64,000 bases of DNA from Psammoneis japonica (GCA_008632985.1 QPGO01000050.1:186001-250000), one strand, 5' to 3'; shown: positions 46,583 through 62,100, counted from the first letter of the stretch. Notes: a model not told the origin generated them from the sequence alone. Numbers and translations: made by a program.

Positions 46583-47313
46583 ACCCTCTTCACAAGGATA
46601 CCTACAACCTCTTTTTCGTAAACATTTTCATACATACTACCGTATTAGAAGTAACGTTTCAAAATTATTAGACGAAGTGTTTCGAATGACAGCTAACCTG
46701 TGTTACGGTATGTCCAAGTGTATTGCTCCTTGGTGTGTCATCACCCTCTACGACTACAGTACAGCAGATCTTTCGGTCCTTTTCGTCCAACTAGACCTAC
46801 CGGTAACAACAACTACTCCGACTGCACAGTCGATCGCACGCCGAAGCATAAAGTTGAGACCGACATCTCGACTGAGTTTGGCAGAAGATTGTGTTGCCAT
46901 GGGCGGGATAGGTCCTACCGGTACCGTAGGTAGAGAGAACATACATAAGCACTTCTTGTTCAACTTCGAGTTGGGTCAACCGCGAGCCAAAACGGAGTTA
47001 GTCTCTCGCTTGCGCCGGCGTCCGTGCATGAACAAGAATGACGAATTGACCACGCACACTCGGGTTTTCCGGGTCGGGTAAGACCTGCTTGTATGGATAC
47101 TCTACCGGTAGGTGAAATAAAGTGCAACTCCCTACATACCGATACCATGCTTGCTCATTAGTACGACGTACACGAGAACGGGAATGCGAAATTTTCGGAG
47201 CCAACCAAAACGCAGCACAACCAAAAGATCCAACGTCAAACGGAGCTGGGGGAGAACACGAATAGGATACAAGATACAACGTCGTCCTTTCCTCATCCAA
47301 TCTTGAATCAAAC

Positions 47314-49764
47314 ATGGACTCGTCTGATGTGCAACATGTACAAGAAGTCGAAGCGTCCGCTGCTCGGCACTACTTGGGGATCTTTGGCGGCGATAGAGTC
47401 CGAGCCATAGAATCTGTTTGGAACTACGGCGAGAACCCAGACTGGTGGGGCCACCCGCGGAATGCACAAGGTGGGGCGGAGGAAGAGAAGATTGAAGAAG
47501 AGATACCGAGTGCAACTTTCGGGAACCGGCAGATCGTAGACATGTCGGCCGTTGAAGAGGATGAAATCAGCGATCGAAGCATTCAAAACAAGGCATCTTC
47601 CGTTTCATTTGCTTCCAAAGAAGAGTCAGAAAGCAGCAATCACGTGAGTCGCAACTTCCAAGCAAGTTTCTTGAGCTGACATACACTGTCAACGCTGTCT
47701 CGTTGCATCTCACGATTTGATGGCCCTTCGATTCATCCTTGCTTTTCTGCGCGACAACAGAAAGAAGATTCAGTTTTTGAGAGGCAGGCCCACTTGGACT
47801 TAGAAGACATCACGGATGATCGTTCCTTTTATGATCGATATGGAGAAATCGTCGACACCTTCATCGACAGCGTTTGTAGCAACGCTTCTCGCGGCGAGCT
47901 GAGAGACCTCATTTCGAAAGCAGATCGCAGTTTGGGTGTGGACACGGGTACAGATTATGAAGAGTCGGGTATTGTCAACCGTCTGAGTTACAAGCACGAG
48001 AAAGTCGTAGGCCGGACTCCTTTAAGCTACGCCGTGGCGAAGAATCTTTATCAACAGGTATACGATCTCATCGATCTAGGAGCAGACGTTAGCAAGGTCA
48101 TGCTCCACGACGATGAGGACGAAACCGGATCCAGTTCGCCACCAACAACCGCCCTGGTAATTGCCACGACAAATCCAAAGCGAGATGGAACAGAAATGGT
48201 AAGAATCTTGCTTTCAAAAGGAGCGCATCCCTCGGAACTTGTAAACGGGGAAGTCGATGAAGCGGCTCTAGGACGAGGGATGAAGTATTGGATTGGCAAG
48301 GCCCGGAAGATAGGAGTTCCACCCCGAGATCAACTTCAACACATGGCGAAGCTCCCTCCTATGGATCGTATCCATGAACTGGACTATGCTGTAGTTGGAG
48401 AAGAAGCCGCTGTCTCTGTCATTCAGGAAGCTCTTGCTGGAAGGTTTGTCAATCCTCAGGGGAATCGCAAACCCTTAGTCATGCTCTTCCTCGGGCCACC
48501 AGGTAAGCACGCGTAAGATATCCATCGTGCACAACGATAGTTGTCGTTGTCTTCCCTAACTCCTTAAATTGGCTTCTGTCAGGGCACGGAAAGACATATT
48601 CTTCTAGCAACGCTGCTAGGTCGCTTGTTGGTGAAGACAATTTCCTCTTTGTTCCTTGCCAAGCAATCCGCGATGATGCAGATCTTTTTGGTTCTCGCCT
48701 GGGAGGATCTCGATCTGGAGAATACAGCAGTGATGGCCAACTGACTTGATGGCTCAGGAATCGACAAGGCACGAAGTCCATTGTCTTTCTGGACGAGTTT
48801 GAAAAGATGAAGGACTTGACTTCAGCTCTAGGTTGGGGCCAAGCAAAAAAGATATACCAGAGTTTCCTCGAGCCCTGGAATGATGGAACTCTCAGTGATC
48901 AGAGTGCACAATCAGGAGGTCGCTTTGTGCCTTCCACAGACGCCGGGGGTCACAAGATCGATTGTTCCCAAAGCGTTTGGATAATGACTTCAAATTGGGG
49001 GCAGCGTGAAATCATCGACTTCTGCGAAAAGCACAAGAATCGTATGCAATCGAAGATCGACCAAAAGGACGCAGCTTGTCAAAAAGATACTACGCCCATT
49101 GTGTATGCAAGAATTTGCTTCAGTCCACGAGGATCTCAAAGCACTGTGTCGCCGAGTCGATGTCATTGTGCCTTTCCTTCCCTTTACTACCGCAGAGAGG
49201 AAAGTTGTTGCTGACATTGCGCTAACTGATCGCTTCTCCTTGTATCGAGAGCCATGCCGACTTCAAGGACCAGAAGAAAAACGCAGATCTTTTGGAAACC
49301 TTTCTCTACGCAGCACGAGATCATTCGCTGCATATGCCGCAAGTTGTTACGATCCCATGCAGGGAGCTTCTGGAATGCTGTCGGTGGTTCAGCAAGCGGA
49401 TGGGAAGTTTCAGATGATGAATCTGAGAGATCAACTCGGGCTGACCGAAAGCCAGAAGTTAAGAGTCAAGAGCGAGAATGCTTCGAGTTCTGCCAACGGA
49501 ATCTTAGCTGATGAGCCTTCTTTCTGGGTGCACTTTGACAAACAGGCAGAGACCATAAGCATATCTCAAAGTCGTCCAGTCGATGACGATGACAGTTGCT
49601 GCGATTCAAACGAAGCCGGGGAACGTGCTGCGGAAAGGCCCGACCTAGTCGTAGACGAAGGTGGCAATGCCAGCAATGACTTTGATCGTTCTGGCAGTTC
49701 AGCTCGCAGTGCACCTAGAGAAGCTTATTCCACGGTCATAGGAGCGGCCGATGATGTGTTTTGA
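47314..49764 (+). pseudogene. Ankyrin + AAA+ ATPase (CLPB/Skd3-like), disrupted as assembled
   Basis: Introns 47644-47760 and 48503-48582; ankyrin GRTPLSYA, Walker A GPPGHGKT, Walker B IVFLDEFEK; in-frame TGA at 48747-48749 and a frameshift at ~49075. Confidence 0.72.
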
Positions 49765-49992
49765 TAACGTCAACGGAGGACTTGACCGTGCTCGACCAAG
49801 CCAATCTATAGTCATAAGCCAGTCAACTCACGCTGTATTTCGTTGCCCGCCCATAGTTAGTAGTAAGAACCAAAGCAAAATCATCTGTTTTCGCTACAAT
49901 AAGAGCCTTCTTTTTTTCTTTCCCTCCCTCTCTCTCTTGACTTTACCTACTTAACATCCTTTTCAGTGGCCTCCGTTGTAACTGTGCGTATC

Positions 49993-51299
49993 CTAATCCG
50001 ATGGTGTCTCGTCGTCTTCTTCGGATTCCTTCGTATCCTCCGTTGCTTCCTCCTCCCTACTCTCCTTGAAAGATTCATCGTCTTCGCCTCCACTCAGGTC
50101 ATTTTCATCTTTAGTTTCAGTCATCGCATCCGGGACATCACCAGAGGCATCCTTAACGGCATCCTCTGTACTATCTGACTCGTCCGCGATATCGCGTAGC
50201 TCATCCGCGACAACAGGATCTACCTTGTCGATCTCTGAAATGACCTCTTCAGCGATGTCTTCAGTGACATCCTCAACAATTTCTTCCATAACGTCTTCCT
50301 CCATCACCTCATCTATTTCGTCAAATTCTTCGTCTTCCTTGCCAGTAGACGATTTGGTAAAGATTCGCAACTGCTCCACCACGCCAACCTTTCCTCGGCT
50401 GACTCGAAGCTCGCTGTCCATGTATGTTGTATCGAACGTGCCCGAATTCAGAAACTCTCCCAACGGAAGGTTTAGGCCCAACACATCTGCTCCAGAGGGA
50501 TCCAGGATCTGGCTTTCTCCGGCTACACTCACTGCAAAGAAAACGAATCACAGACATGCAACATCAGAGACGGCCTGTCAGCACGAGAAGAGAAAAAAGA
50601 AAACATGCTCTTACAAACGATACTTTGTAGCCCTAGCTTTGTTCGCAACACAGGCATCAAGCTCAGTATTTCAGCCTTGTGAACCAAAGTTACTTTGCTT
50701 TCTTTTACTTGCAGAGGATTGACATTGAGGGAAAGGAGCGCTTCGGGGAGATCCGTCTCGTCCGGAAACAGATCCCCTAATGTGTCAGGCGGTGAATACT
50801 GTAGAACGTGGTCGATCCGATCCTTGGACCGGATTCGTTGCTGGACAACGAAACGACCCTGGATAGATTCTTTGATATCCGCGAGCGGCCCACTGTTCAG
50901 AAACGTAAGGTTTGGGAGAGAGACGGATTGAAATGGGAGTTTGCTTTCCGAAGTTGCTGTAGTGCAAAGCAGTGTCCAATCACCCGAAAAATAATCCTCG
51001 TAATCATTTTGCGAAGGAGGGCTACTCGTAGACTCTAGCTCTGCGACAGCATCCTTCAGTTTCGACTTGGCGTCGGAAGACATTACAAAGACTCCTTCTT
51101 CTTTTTTGAGTTCTTCGGAGACTCGCAAAAGATTTGCTCTAGCTTCCACCATATTCGTGGACGAGCTCGCAAACAAGGACCTTCCGCATGATTTACGATC
51201 CTTGTAACCATTCAGTCCGTTAGCTCTACCAACGAACGTGAAGGCGTCTGTAGCTGCCACAGCAGCAAGTACACTGGTTGCCAGGAGATGAACGTTCAT
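49993..51299 (-). CDS. Plastid lipid-associated PAP/fibrillin family protein with acidic tail; intron 50532-50614
   Basis: Signal peptide ending ATDA-F; GDWTLLCTT and FDTTYMDSELRVSRG motifs; the intron splices in frame. Confidence 0.82.
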
Positions 51300-51719
51300 T
51301 ATCAATCAGGAAAGGGCTTTCTCTCTGGACCGCCCCTCTCCTACTTAACAACTGAAATGATTTCTTTTCAATGCTCAGTGCTGAGGACGTAATGTTTGCC
51401 CCAACACGCTGGCTTTGCGATGCAATGAAAGGCGGCGTACAAGGTGTTGCTAGTAGTCATCGTCTCTCTCTCTAGAGTAGAGAGAGCAGCAACAGCTTGT
51501 CCACCGCAACAGCCACAGCAGTGGTGTGAATGAGTCGTCAGAATTAGTCAGAATCATTCGCGCATTCGGCATTCGCGCGCGCGGCTTGGCACTTTGCCGG
51601 TCGTGTAAAGCAAAAACAAGAGGGAATGCCAAAGTCTGTGGGCAAGACCTTGTTGCTAAAAAACGTGGTTCTTATGATGCATGATCCATTGCTCAACATG
51701 TCATGTGCACTTTATGGTG

Positions 51720-54450
51720 AAAGGTTGTGGATCCCCAGTCCTTGGCAGATGGTCAGTCCACACACTGACACAGCCGCCGCATCCCCCCCCGCCCTCTGCC
51801 CCAAGCCATGCTTGCTCCTCTGCAAACTCCACACAGCCGCTGACAGACCTCTCTTGACAAGGCCAGTGCTGGGGCAATCAAGTGCTGCTTCACCTGACTT
51901 TCTGTTGTGGTGCCAATCAAGCAGGGCAGCATGGTTCTCCAGAAGTCTTCATCCACATTGTGTCACCCCCCACCACCTTCGTGCACCACCCAGAGCAATG
52001 CTTGTTGCCTTGTTCATGGGGGGCAGGGCGGGGCTTTTGCTTTCTTTGACCACAGCACTCCACAGGTGTGCTTCTCTTCAGCTCTCCATCTGCTGCCATG
52101 TGCACACATCCCAGAGCTCTTTCAGAGCTCCAACCCTTCTTGTTGGCTTCTTCCTTCGAGGGTGGCTGGTGAGATGCCCCAGACTGAGAATTTGCACTGT
52201 TGAAATTGCTTTCAAGTGCACAGCTCCAGCTGCCTTGTCTCCACTTGAGCCCCACAAAACAGCAGATGACAATCTTTTCAGGTGCAGCCCCTCCTCTTGT
52301 CTGGCACTGCACTTGATTTCTGCCTCTCTCACAAAAAAAGGTCATCAGGAGAGATTCCAGGACACAAGAGATGATGCTGAAGAGTGTGACCCGGAGAGAT
52401 TCCAACCCCCCTTGTCCATCCCCCCCCCCCTTCTTAAACAACCATGCAACAGCTCTCATGGTCAACATTGACATTTTGTGAGCTCTGTTCTGGGCATGTG
52501 TTTTTTTCTTGTTTTGCATCTCTTCTTCAACCTTCTTCTCCTCACTTTCCTTCTTCCACACCACACAGGTTTGCAAGGCAGTGTTCCTCTGGAGCAAGGG
52601 ACAAACAACATGTCCAAAATGAACAGAGGAATGACTGGGGCACTCCTCTTCAGGACAGAACAAAGCAACTCATGCCTGTCAGCAAAGTGGGGGTCACACA
52701 ACACACCTGCTGCCTCAAGATCTTCATGACTCTGACACACTGCTGCCAATGTTCTTTGTGCATTTTTGTCTCATCTTGTCATTCACACATGCCTTGTTCC
52801 CATCTGTCAACTGTGCTCAAGCAATGCACACAAGCAACCAAGTGGTTGTTTGCAACAAGCCTTGTCATCTCTGTCATCTTTTCACACGTCTGAAAACATT
52901 TTTTTTGTCAAGCTTTTGAAAAACCAGAGCTGCCCTGATCTCTTCTTGCCCACACAGATGGAGGGCACCATCGTCATTCTGTGCACACAGAGTTGGTGCA
53001 CAAAAACAAATTGCTGCTTTTTGAGCACCTGCTGCCCTGCTGTTCTTTTGTGCTGGCGAACAGTGGCTGGAAATTTGTGCACACAGCACATGAGATGTGC
53101 AGGCAGAACTTCTGACGAGTGTGATCCCTTGTGCAGCAGCATCAGCTGATGTTGCAGGTTGTCATCACAGCTTCACCCAAAGCCCTCAGTGTGAAAAGTC
53201 TTTTCTTGCTGCTGCAGCTGTGGCCATGCTCATTCTTGCATCAAGGATGTGCAGCTGTTTCCTGGGAGCTTGTCACCCAAACAGGTGAAACTGGTCTGGC
53301 AGTGCTGCTCTGCACCACACCAAGAGACACCTTGATGAAACTTGATCTAATTTCTTGTTGTCACTTTTCACAAATGCAGAGTCTTTGATGGGACAATGCT
53401 TCCTGCAGAACTCATCAAAGGGAGCAGCAGAGGGGTGGTGACTCACTTGGTTGAGAGTGGATTGACATCATTCAATTGACAATGGAGTCTTGCTGGGAGC
53501 AAAAAAATTGGAGCTGCTGATGCGTTCATTGAAGATGCTGAGGGTGGTGCAAGGGAAGGTGTTGCGGTGCCTGTGGGATGATGGGATGAGCAGATGAAAT
53601 CTTTCAAAAAGGGGCTCTGCTGGTCAGCACAGAACTTGGGTTGTGTGGCTGGCAGGTGCCTGTTGAGGGCATGGCAAATGGCGACAAGCTGGGAGAACGT
53701 TGCTGGGTTAAGTTGGTGGATGAGTTGAAGGTGTGCCACATGGGGCCACAAAGAAGGCATTCTCTCAAGGGTGTTGCTTGGACCTGCATGGGCTGGATGA
53801 TGGCAGCATGTTGTTGGGCGCAGATGGCGGGTGTGTGTTGGTGGAAAATTTCAGAGGAGTTGTTGATGAGGGCATGGTTGAAGGCATTTTGCTTTGAGCT
53901 GGGAAGGAGGGAAGTAAAAGGAGCAATGCTTGGCTTGCTTGCTGGTGGTGCTGCACTTGGAGAATTGCCCGGGACTTTGGTCGGAGTGTGGCTTGGGGCA
54001 CTTGTCAGTGATTCATCGTGCGGACCACCCCTCATTCTTGGAGATGCACTCTGCACATCAGAGGATGCTTCTGTCAGAGCTTCACATGGCAACTCAAGCA
54101 GCTGCATGTGACAGCACAGTTGACACCATTTTGCTTGGAGATGGAGAAGGGGTTTCTCCACTGTGACATTGTCCATGTGAAATCATCCATGTCCAGCAAC
54201 AAAAACAGCCAATGGCAAGCCATGGGATCTGATGTGACAAAACAAAAATGATGCTGAAAGCAGTTGTGAGCAAGTTTGCAATGGTGTGATGCCTGGCTTG
54301 TGGTGTGGAGCTTCCAGCCAAGCCAACTTCTCATGTTCAAACCACCGGTGTTGCAGATGTGGATGGTGGTGCAACAAAACTGACAGTCTGGTGTTTCCTT
54401 CTAATGCATTTACAGTGCACCAGCTTCTTGTGGGTGCATCATCTGGAGCA
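51720..54450. other. TpA- and CpG-depleted hypermutated block 4
   Basis: TA nearly absent; graded transitions at ~51490-51720 and ~54450-54750. Confidence 0.85.
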
Positions 54451-55044
54451 TCTATGATGACGTGAAGCATGCCTCGCGACGAGATGCTAAATTCTGGATG
54501 GCTTGTACCGGCAGTCTACAAGTGCCGCATGGTGCCGGACCAAACAATCTGAGAGGATCTCCAGGACAAACTCTCCTGTTCTGCACCCCTCCTGCTGTTG
54601 GAAACGATTGGGTGTCATTTTGCCCACACGCAGGACTTGCTCTCTTGCTTTCAATGGCCACGAAGAGAAGTCGTGACCAGATACGGTGGGGCTTCCTCCT
54701 AGGCATCGGCATCCGATCCCCTGGCACTCCGAAAAGATAGACCCACAACACCGCATCAGCACGAAACGACTCCACAGTATCACGGAAACGACGAGAAATG
54801 TACAACAGTTTTGCAGCACACGACAGTAGGTTCAGCACGAGATAAAGAAGACTGCAAAGGCTGTACTGTACTTTCTATTTTTGTTAGGGAAACTAGCATA
54901 CCGGTACACAGACAGTCGTACCCACATCCTCAAAAAGCAAGCCAGTCACCGACAAGCAAGAAGAAGAAAAACTATACGGCACCAGTAAGAAAAACAAACA
55001 ACATAAAGAGAAGTAAAGGAGCAATGGTCTTTGATTGGATGGGT

Positions 55045-55060
55045 GGATTTCACAAAATCC
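55045..55060 (-). promoter_or_regulatory. Histone 3' stem-loop (H4)
   Basis: AACC-GGATTT-TGTG-AAATCC-ACCC-ATCCAATCAAAGA on the minus strand. Confidence 0.85.
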
Positions 55061-55112
55061 GGTTATGTGTGCTAAAGCACGTTGGTAGTTGGTAGGTAAA
55101 TTGCAATGATGC

Positions 55113-55565
<453 letters not shown>

Positions 55566-55756
55566 CTACTGACAGATACATACGCATGGAACAGTATTAT
55601 CGCGCGTTGGATGGACGGGCGCGAACAGAAGTCGTTCCGAGCCGGTAATTAAGGAGCGAATTTCTGGTATTAGTCTACATAGGTTGTTTTCCAGTATAGA
55701 TTCTACGATAGGTAGAATCTACGTCAAAACGGACTCGTTTGCTTTTTTCTGCGTGA

Positions 55757-56218
<462 letters not shown>

Positions 56219-56282
56219 GCAGGAGCTTTTCATGAAGACTTTTCGTGTTGAGTTTAGACTTGTCTAACTCACTCATACAACC

Positions 56283-56298
56283 GGATTTTTTTAAATCC
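56283..56298 (+). promoter_or_regulatory. Histone 3' stem-loop (H3)
   Basis: AACC-GGATTT-TTTT-AAATCC-ACCC-TTTCAATCAAAGA. Confidence 0.85.
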
Positions 56299-56844
56299 AC
56301 CCTTTCAATCAAAGAACACTCTCACTTTTGGGCCGGGGAAGAACGTTGGTTGTTTCAGACAACATCTACTGTGTGGTATCTATGTTCCGTCTTTGTCTAG
56401 TTATAATACTTACTGTAGTAGAAGGCGGTTTAATAAAAAATGCTGTACTGCGTTAGGTCTTCTTATCCTATTCTAGCTAAGCTAGTCTACCCTGCAGGCT
56501 TGTTGAATTCATTCTGTGCTTTGAAAAGGGGAATTACCTGGTAACGAGCGTCATACAACCAGGTGGCAAGTTATTTACTTCGGCTTCTACTGTATTGGCA
56601 AGTTACTTACTTTGGCTTCTACCGGTACGTACTTGTATTGTGTTCACACAAGGAAAACAGAATGTAGGCCCTACAGTACGTATTGATTACTCGCATGGTA
56701 AGGTGTGGTCCATACAGTATTGCGCCGAACTGAAAACTCATGACACCATCTAGCTAGGTTCGTTTGGGAGAGAATCATCTATGGTACGGTCTAGTGTTAC
56801 TACCGTATTTTTCTATGATATCCGTCTCGCAAGTTCGTCTCAAG

Positions 56845-58867
56845 TTAGACTCGTGTAATATCCCGACCGAAAACCTGTCTTTTGATCCAATCATTGACAA
56901 CTAAAACTCGGTTCCTCCAGGACACCTGTTTGGACAGGTACACGCTTCTCCAGATGGCGTTTCCAAGCTTTCCCTTGCCTTTTACGGTGGGAGCGCTGGG
57001 TGCAGTTGCCACCTCCGCAAGCGCTGATCCGTCCCCAGTGTAGGCGAGGATTCCCAGGTTTAGGAACTGAAAGGGTTTGGCATATTCTGGATTCTGCGTG
57101 GCAAACCCAGCAATTGAGTCGGAAAGCGTGAGGTTGAAGTCGGCACTCTTTGTCGGCGGCAGAAAAATACCTTCTTCTGACACTGGCGGACTCAAGTTGT
57201 ACTTCTTTCCCATTATGCTGGCCAGATACTCGCCCTGCTGAGCAGCCACTTGAGCGGTGGCTGGAAGCTGAGCGTCGACGTTACAAGAGCAATCTCCAAA
57301 CGCGAGGATGCTTCCACTAGTTCCCTTGACACGCAACCATGAGTCAATGGAAACTCGACCCCGAGCGACCGCTTGATCCTTTGCTTGTTCGTCCCCAACG
57401 TCCTCGATAAGCTGGAGGGTAATTGGGAGCGGTCCATTTCCAGCTGCCCACACAGCAATTCCATATTTGATGACGGAACCGTTAGCTAATTCAATGGCTT
57501 TGTCGGTCACCTCTTTCACTGCACTATCGAGGAGAAGCTCAGTCAACTCAAACTCGGGAAGGAGACTGGCAACCTTGGGATCAGACACGGAGACCTTTCT
57601 TTTGAGCTGCTTAATGGCCTCTTCCTGCAGAGACTTGTCGAACGGGGCTAAGACCGACGAAGTTGCTTCAATCACCTTGATTCGGACGTGCTTCAACAAG
57701 CTGGGGTAATATTTGGGGCCGTCTTGCTCGATAAAGTCGCGCAACTCCGCAGCAAATTCAATCCCAGTTGGACCAGCTCCGATAATGGCAAAGGTAAGGG
57801 CTTCTTGTCGCTCCTTATCAGTCAGCTGGGGAACACTGGCACGTTCGAAGCAGTTGACAATGGAGTTACGAAGACGACGTGCATCCTCTACCTGCTTCAG
57901 GAAAGAGCAGTACTCACGAACTCCGGGAATTCCAAAAGTGTTTGTTTGCGCCCCAACGCTCACAACCAAACGGTCATACTCGACATCAAACTCATTGATG
58001 TCGCAGGAGTTACCAGCGCAGACCACAGATTGACAGGAAACAGTTTTGGTCTTCGTGTCGATGTTTGTCGCTGTAGCTTCTAGATAGCTCACCTCGCGAT
58101 TGATCTAGGGCGACAAGTATTGATTGAGATATTTGTTTGAGGGGTAAGATTCCAAATGAGAAGGATACCTGGTCTGCTATTCGGAAACGGCTTACCTCTC
58201 GAATCGGCTCACATATTGACTGATACTCAACAGTTCCGACACTAGCTCCAGCCAACATAGGCGTAAAGAGAAAGTAGTTTCGAGGGGATATAACTGTGAC
58301 GTCGTAGAGCGAGTTGTCAATTTCTTTTAGAAATGAGGCTGCACCCCATCCGGTTCCCAACACAACGATGCGTTCCCTTGCGCCGTTGGGTTTCGCTTTT
58401 TCAACTGATGAATCGGCGCCAGACAAAGACTTCCCAATAGCTGATATCGTCGCTTCGACAAACTCAGCACCTTTCTCGGCAATGAACAATGGATAAGCTC
58501 TAGGTTTCGTCAGACGTTGAATCTTGGCAGTCAGCGAAGCCTTTTCAGCATCATCTGGGACTGTCGTGGTCGTGTCGAGAAGTGGCATGACTCCTTCCAT
58601 CCCATCTCCTTCGGTCACAGCGTAGCGTTGCTCGTCAGATACCTCCGAATTCCGCTTTGCAATCTGATCTCTCAATTCTTTTTCAGTCTTTTCTACTGCT
58701 CCCATCCCATCGGATGAGGTGGCTTCGGGTGTGCTGTGCAGTAAAGGGCGCCGGTTTCTGAAGCTGCTATTTGGATTCCGCGCGCATTGGTTAATGGATG
58801 GATTGAATGCCGACACAGCAGCAATTCCCATCAACGAAAATGCTAAAAATCGCATGGATGAAGGCAT
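56845..58867 (-). CDS. Type II NAD(P)H dehydrogenase (NDH-2), predicted plastid-targeted; intron 58105-58195
   Basis: [35 protein letters not shown] and [11 protein letters not shown]; presequence AAVSA-FNP; the intron splices in frame (PIRE|INRE). Confidence 0.92.
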
Positions 58868-59119
58868 AGTCGACACGAAGACGTTTGTACTTTCGCCGAA
58901 AGTTGTGTGTGTGGCGGCTGTGAGAAAGAAGAAAGATCAATGATCAACTTGTGCAAGAAAAATGACGGCGCAGATTCCCAGTGTTTCCAGTTTCCAGTGT
59001 GATCGTCCGTCGTCTCCGCGGGCAACACGTCACCTTTTGAAGGGCAATATATGATGTCATGATGACGACGGATATAAGCTCGTCGAGCGAAGCGCACCCG
59101 CCCATGGTCTTACGGCACT

Positions 59120-62100
59120 TGGGCTGTGGAATTTCATCCCATTCCTTGAGAAAAGAAAGATCTCCCATGATGGCAGTGACATCATCCACATTGGCTTGAG
59201 TGGCAGCTTGGTTTGCAGCAGGTGCTGCAGTGGTGCCAGCATTGCCAGCATCGCCGCTTCTCTGAGGGCGCTTGCCATCGCAGCAGCACTGTCATCCATG
59301 AAGGGGAGCTCTGTTGCTCTGCTTCCTCTGCCACCTCCACGACCACCATGACCAACAGCACAGCTGCCTCCACAACCACCTTCATGATGATCACAACTGC
59401 CTCCATGACCTTGCTCAGTGTCCTGCCTGGTGGTGAGTGCTTGGCATGTGATGACAACAATGCAGCAGCAGCGCAAATTGTTGTGCACACACGTGTGTGC
59501 AACACAACAAATGAGGCTGAAAAAACTTGCCAACTGCACCAGAAGCCCCACATGAATGCAAGAAAGAGAGAAATAGAGCACCTGCCAGCACAACGGTGAA
59601 AATTTCAATCTCAAAAAGAACAGAGACCAATGTGGCAAAAAATGAGATGTGAGGAGCCTTCTGCAAACACACAGCCCACAAACAAAAAAGAGCACACACC
59701 ACCAACAATGAAGACTGACAGAATGACCCATTCAAGTCAACTAAAACTGTTGAAATCTGCAGAGCAGATGTGATCATGGAAATTTGAAAAAAAAACAGCC
59801 ACTTGCAAAATGATCATGATGCAATCATCAATGAGGACAACCAGGCAGGCCAGCTGGCTTGGCATCCTTGATGTGCACCAAAAAACACACCCATCATCAT
59901 TGCACACAAAACACAGGACTCGTCCAAGCATCCTGTGTGAAATGACAGCATTGCAAGAATGCACCAACAAAGCACAGGACTGTGCACACCCAAACAAAGA
60001 AAAGAGATGGGAAAAGCAAGAGTGCTGACTTTCAAAAGAGTGCAAACAACTGATGCAAGAATGGCCCATCCTTGACACACTCAAATGAGTTGACATGAGT
60101 TGTGTGAGCACAAAATGCCACACTGCAATGTTGCACAAAGGTGAGCAGAAGCAGCATCATTGACACGGGCTGCCTTGCATTGCAAGCAACAGCGTCACAC
60201 AGGAGCCAGCCATTGTTGAAAGATGAGTGCTTGGAGCTGGACACTGATCAGAGCACAGACATCAACTGGAGCATGACACAATGCCAGAGCACCACAGCCA
60301 TGAACAACAAGACAGTGCTGTGCAGAAAGATGGCAGGAGGACAAACAGAGCAAAGGCAAGGGAGGGGGAAGCACAGAGAACAAGAACATTTTCTGAAGAA
60401 ACAAGTCAATGTCCTCATTGGAGGAGATCCACATTGCAAATTTGCGCAAATCAAATTGTCTGCAACATGCAGCCAATGAAGAAGAAAATCAATGGGATGG
60501 ATTTGCAGGGTTGTTCCAAGAAATGAACCACATCAGCAATTTGTCACACATGCGCTGTTGTCAAGATCAAAAACTGACAAGAACCATGTTTCTGTCATCA
60601 GTTGTTGTTTTCTGCTTTGCCGGTTGGCACTCAATTGTTGACAAAAAACCACTTGCAATTGTTGCATTGTCAATGTGTGCAAAGTTTGTCCTGTCAAGAT
60701 GACATGCATTGTCAGACCAAATTTTGTGAAGTCTGGTTTCCTGCTTTGCCAATTTGCTCAACTGTTGAAATCAGTCACTTCAATGTTGTCAAGAACATGG
60801 GCTTTTTGTCAGGCACAAATCGGCTCTGAACAAGAGCAACAGTGATTTCCAGACACACTGGTTGACAAGATGTGCAGATGAGGAGGCAGGTGTGCTTTTG
60901 TCCCCAAAAATGGAGACAGTGCAAAGCCCAGCAGACACTGACTGGAAAACCAGCCATGCTGCACCCCACATCATTTAGAGCGGGCTGCTGTTGCAGAGCA
61001 AGTTGATCAGATTTGCTGCTGCTGCTGCTGGCTGCTGCTCTCCAAAAGCTCTGCATGGACAGAGGCTGGCTGTGCGGTGGAGTTTTTTGGATCATCTCAG
61101 CCAAGCACTGGTTGGTCATCTGCGGCTCCAAGGCCAGCATGTTGTCAGTCCTGTTGCAATCATGAGACACTCCGAGGACACACCACCCACCACTTTGACA
61201 CTTCTGGGCATCAAAGTTGCTTGCTGATGCTCAAAACAGTGTGAGCAACACTGTTGTCCACCACACAAAATGTCAAGCCCCTGCATTTCTCTCCTCTCCA
61301 GCAGCGGCACTTGGCCTCCACAACTGGGTTGCTCTTCTTGAGCAGCAGCTTCTCCCAGTCTTCCATCCATGCATGAACTTTCACTTTGGGGGCTCCCTTG
61401 AGCTCTCTGCAAAATGTTCTGTCTGTGATTTGCATGGCACAAGCTCTCATTTCTTGACAACATCATCAGGATTCCAGGTTGTGTCAACAAAGTGCTGCCC
61501 CTGGGTGCTCAGCTCATGGAGCCAATCTTCTCATTCTGTGGCTTTTTTGCCAGGTCTCATCTCCTGCCATGTGGCTCTGCAAGGCTGACACAGGGCATGA
61601 CTGAAGCCACAGTCAGGAGGACATCTTCATTGCTGGGCGAGCAAAACTCTTGGAGAAAAATGTTTTCAGCAATCCCCCTCCTCAGCTTGTCATCCAACCC
61701 GCCAGCTTCAGCTTGCCACATCAAACAAAGGGCTGCACAGATGGATCTTTTCATTTTCCATGCACTGAGCCACTTTGCAAACCTGGGCATGTGCCACATG
61801 TCAACAACTGGAAAGTTGCTCATGGCTGTCCACATCATGATAGAAAAAGGAGGCTGGGATGCAGCCAGGGTTTTGTTTCATGTGATTGTCCCAAGTGCTC
61901 ATCCACACAAACCAAAGAATTGAGCGGCTGTGCTGCAAGTGTTCTTTTGTTGCATGACAGCATCACATGCTGCCACTGACATTCACAGTCTTGCTCTGTT
62001 TTGGCATGGTGACCCTGGGTTGGCAACAAGCAGCTCAAAGTGCAACACAAGCAACAGAGCCGGACATCCAGTGGACCTTCTGACCTTTTGGCAGCGGGCG

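Noticed and set aside
61240..61400. AWMEDWE...NPVVEAK remnant reminiscent of a hAT-associated C-terminal region
   Set aside because: A single short resemblance from memory with no catalytic motifs or TIRs; needs an HMM search.
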